64,000 nt of DNA from the human T2T-CHM13v2.0 reference genome, Homo sapiens. Below, one piece after another: positions 61,900-64,000 of this stretch. Within the stretch, counting starts at the first letter, position 1; every line of letters starts with the position of its first letter. Below the pieces are notes generated by a model, which was not told the origin of the DNA, did no database searches, and saw only the letters and a program-made list of their open reading frames with translations. Where the stretch lies: NCBI RefSeq assembly GCF_009914755.1, contig NC_060932.1; one strand, 5' to 3'. The translations under genes were made by a program, and so were the position numbers.

Positions 61900-62540
61900 T
61901 TTCCCTCTCCACCTGTCTTGCATACCACCCTAACCAATACTCCTTAAGTATGGCTCTATATTACTATGCCCCTATCAACACTCTATTTTAAAAAAGCATG
62001 GCTTCACACTTCCTGTAAGATAATAGCCAGTAGTCCTTGAATCTGGCATTCAAAGCTTTAAATCTACAAGATGATATACTGGTCATACCTTTTCCTGCCT
62101 ATTTTCTAGAGTCTTTTCCCAGAAGACTCTGTTCCATGTATTTGGTGTCACTTTCCTGTCTCTGTGCCTTCCTCATACTGACCCCCTTTTCTAACCTGAC
62201 TGTTGAAATCTTACCTACTCAGTCTTTTTTCATTTATTTGTTGATTGTTTCAATAAAATTAATTTACTTAATAAGTATTTACTGAGCACTGATTGCTCAT
62301 CAGACAACATTCAAGAGCCTACTGAAATGGCACCTTCCCTGAGAAGCCTCTCTTAATTACACACCCATATACAATGTTTCTCTCTTCAGAACTTCCATAG
62401 GTCTCTTTTTTATGCTTTCCATAAAATTTGTCACAAATCCCATACCTTATTTATGTGCATATAGGAGCATCTAATGGGAACTCAAAATTGCTTTAAAGAA
62501 CATAAATGAATGAATGAACATGAATGAGCTAATGAATGAA
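61900..62540 (+). mobile_element. L2 3' region with (AATG)n tail
   Basis: gtccttgaatctggcattcaaagcttt...caccttccctgagaagcct...aatgaatgaatga. Confidence 0.7.
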
Positions 62541-63133
62541 AGAAAAGTTATGCCTTCTGCACCAGCAGAAGCTAATGACTAAAATAAAATGGTTAAACTG
62601 GACTAGAAATTTAAGATTGTTATGGGTTTCTAGTCTAGGAAACACCCTCAATGTGGTTTCCATATTGGATTATCCCAACAGAGAAAGATATGGAATCCCC
62701 ATCTTCTGATTCCCACACCATTACTCTTTCTGCACCATGTTATCACATGCTACTCTATTAAAATTGAGGCAGTATTATCATACTTTGTTATTGCTTTTCA
62801 TTATTAGACATAGTGTTTTAAGGACAGTATTGAATAGGAAGATTGTTTTTTCAGAGTGCTGTAACCTATTTTAGCATTCAAAGGGGCAAATGTATAAACC
62901 TGAGTGGTGAGAAAAACGTAGCAGATTAACTAATTTTGAAAGATAATTTATTTTGAACTTGAGTAGGGGCTAGGGACCTTCATTAGTTCCTAAGAAAAGT
63001 AGACCACAAACTCAACCTCTATGCTCTTTTTTATCTAGTCATGATATTAGAGTATGTGTGGACTTTGACAGTGACACCTAAATGGTTTTTACTTGCCTCA
63101 TTGTTTCCTTACTAACTGTATGAAAAAAGAACA

Positions 63134-63484
63134 CGTGTTGAGCCCCTCCAATCTAAAAATACAAACTCTGGAATGCTCCAAAATTTGAAACTTTTTGAGT
63201 ACCAACATGACTCCACAAGTGGAAAATCCTGACCTCACATGTTGGGTCACAGTCAAAAGGTAGTAAAACAATTGTTTCATGTACAAAATAATTAAAAATT
63301 TGTATGAAATTATCTTCAGACTATGTGTATAAGGTGTATAAGAAACATAAATTAATTTTGTGTTTACACTTGGTCCCATCCTCATGATATCTCATTATGT
63401 ATATGCAAATATTCCAAAATCTGAAAATTCCAAAATCCAAACATTTCTGGTCCCAAGCATTTCAGACAAGGAATACTCAACATG
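63134..63484 (+). mobile_element. Tigger4b/MER46-type TcMar MITE
   Basis: aatgctccaaaatttgaaactttttgag...caagtggaaaat...ttctggtcccaagcatttcagacaaggaatactcaa. Confidence 0.9.
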
Positions 63485-63859
63485 TGAGACTCTGGAGGTG
63501 AATTTTTGTTTGTTTGTTTGGTTGGTTGGTTTTTGCAGTAAATTGTTGAAGTCTTAGAAGGGGCGCATTCAGCAGTTAGAGCTTCCCTTTTAATTTGCAT
63601 ACCATGCCGAAGAAGAGGAGGTGTGATTCTCCTTCTGGAGATGATCATTCTTTCAAAAAGAATTATGGTGAATTGTGTTTTTTAAAAATAGACTTCTAGG
63701 GCAGAGTAGGGGAAAAACATAGGGAACCGTTAATTAAGGTATCAGGGCTTGAGAACGTTGTTTTTGTCTGCCCAAGACCCTTCCTTTGGAAACAGCACCT
63801 CTCCCAACATTTGTGCTCCTAGTGGACTGGTAACTTGCACTCCTAAGAACTGGAATCTT

Positions 63860-64000
63860 GAGGAAGACACAGAGCGATAGATGAGATTGGGGCTGAGTCA
63901 TCCATGATGGTATCCTGGGCAGTTCAGAATCTCTGAGCCTCAGTTTTTCTTCCCCCCAAAATGGGATTCTATGTCTCACTGAGTTATTTGAGGATTCAGT
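63860..64000 (+). mobile_element. MIR SINE (runs off window end)
   Basis: ctgggcagttcagaatctctgagcctcagtttt...aaaatggga. Confidence 0.75.

Overview
AT-rich, CpG-depleted primate DNA, almost certainly human: it carries a near-pristine AluYa5-lineage copy, and the coding exons match my recollection of human CPQ. The whole window lies inside the + strand gene CPQ (carboxypeptidase Q / PGCP, M28 metallopeptidase). Only two coding exons are present, 674-881 and 45500-45707. Each is 208 nt, and they splice in frame across a 44,618-nt GT-AG intron; by recall they are exons 3 and 4. The rest is intron filled with transposon relics: Alu, L1, L2, MIR, MaLR/ERVL LTRs, a truncated HERV-L with integrase/dUTPase remnants, and hAT, Tigger and mariner DNA transposons. 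There is no rRNA, tRNA, CRISPR or prokaryotic feature, and the other ORFs in the track are spurious or repeat-derived. I do not see a convincing new biological system. The best leads are: (1) a ~150-bp unique segment copied 1.75 kb downstream into an MLT2 LTR; (2) a 96-nt non-repeat retro-insert with poly(A) and a perfect 12-bp TSD inside an old L1; (3) several strong cryptic/poison exon candidates; (4) a sense L1 3' end just after exon 4 (possible intronic polyadenylation); (5) DUX4-motif LTRs pointing antisense; (6) inverted repeats around exon 4; (7) several template-switch scars. Repeat family names come from recalled consensus sequences, not from a RepeatMasker run. Boundaries of old repeats are approximate.
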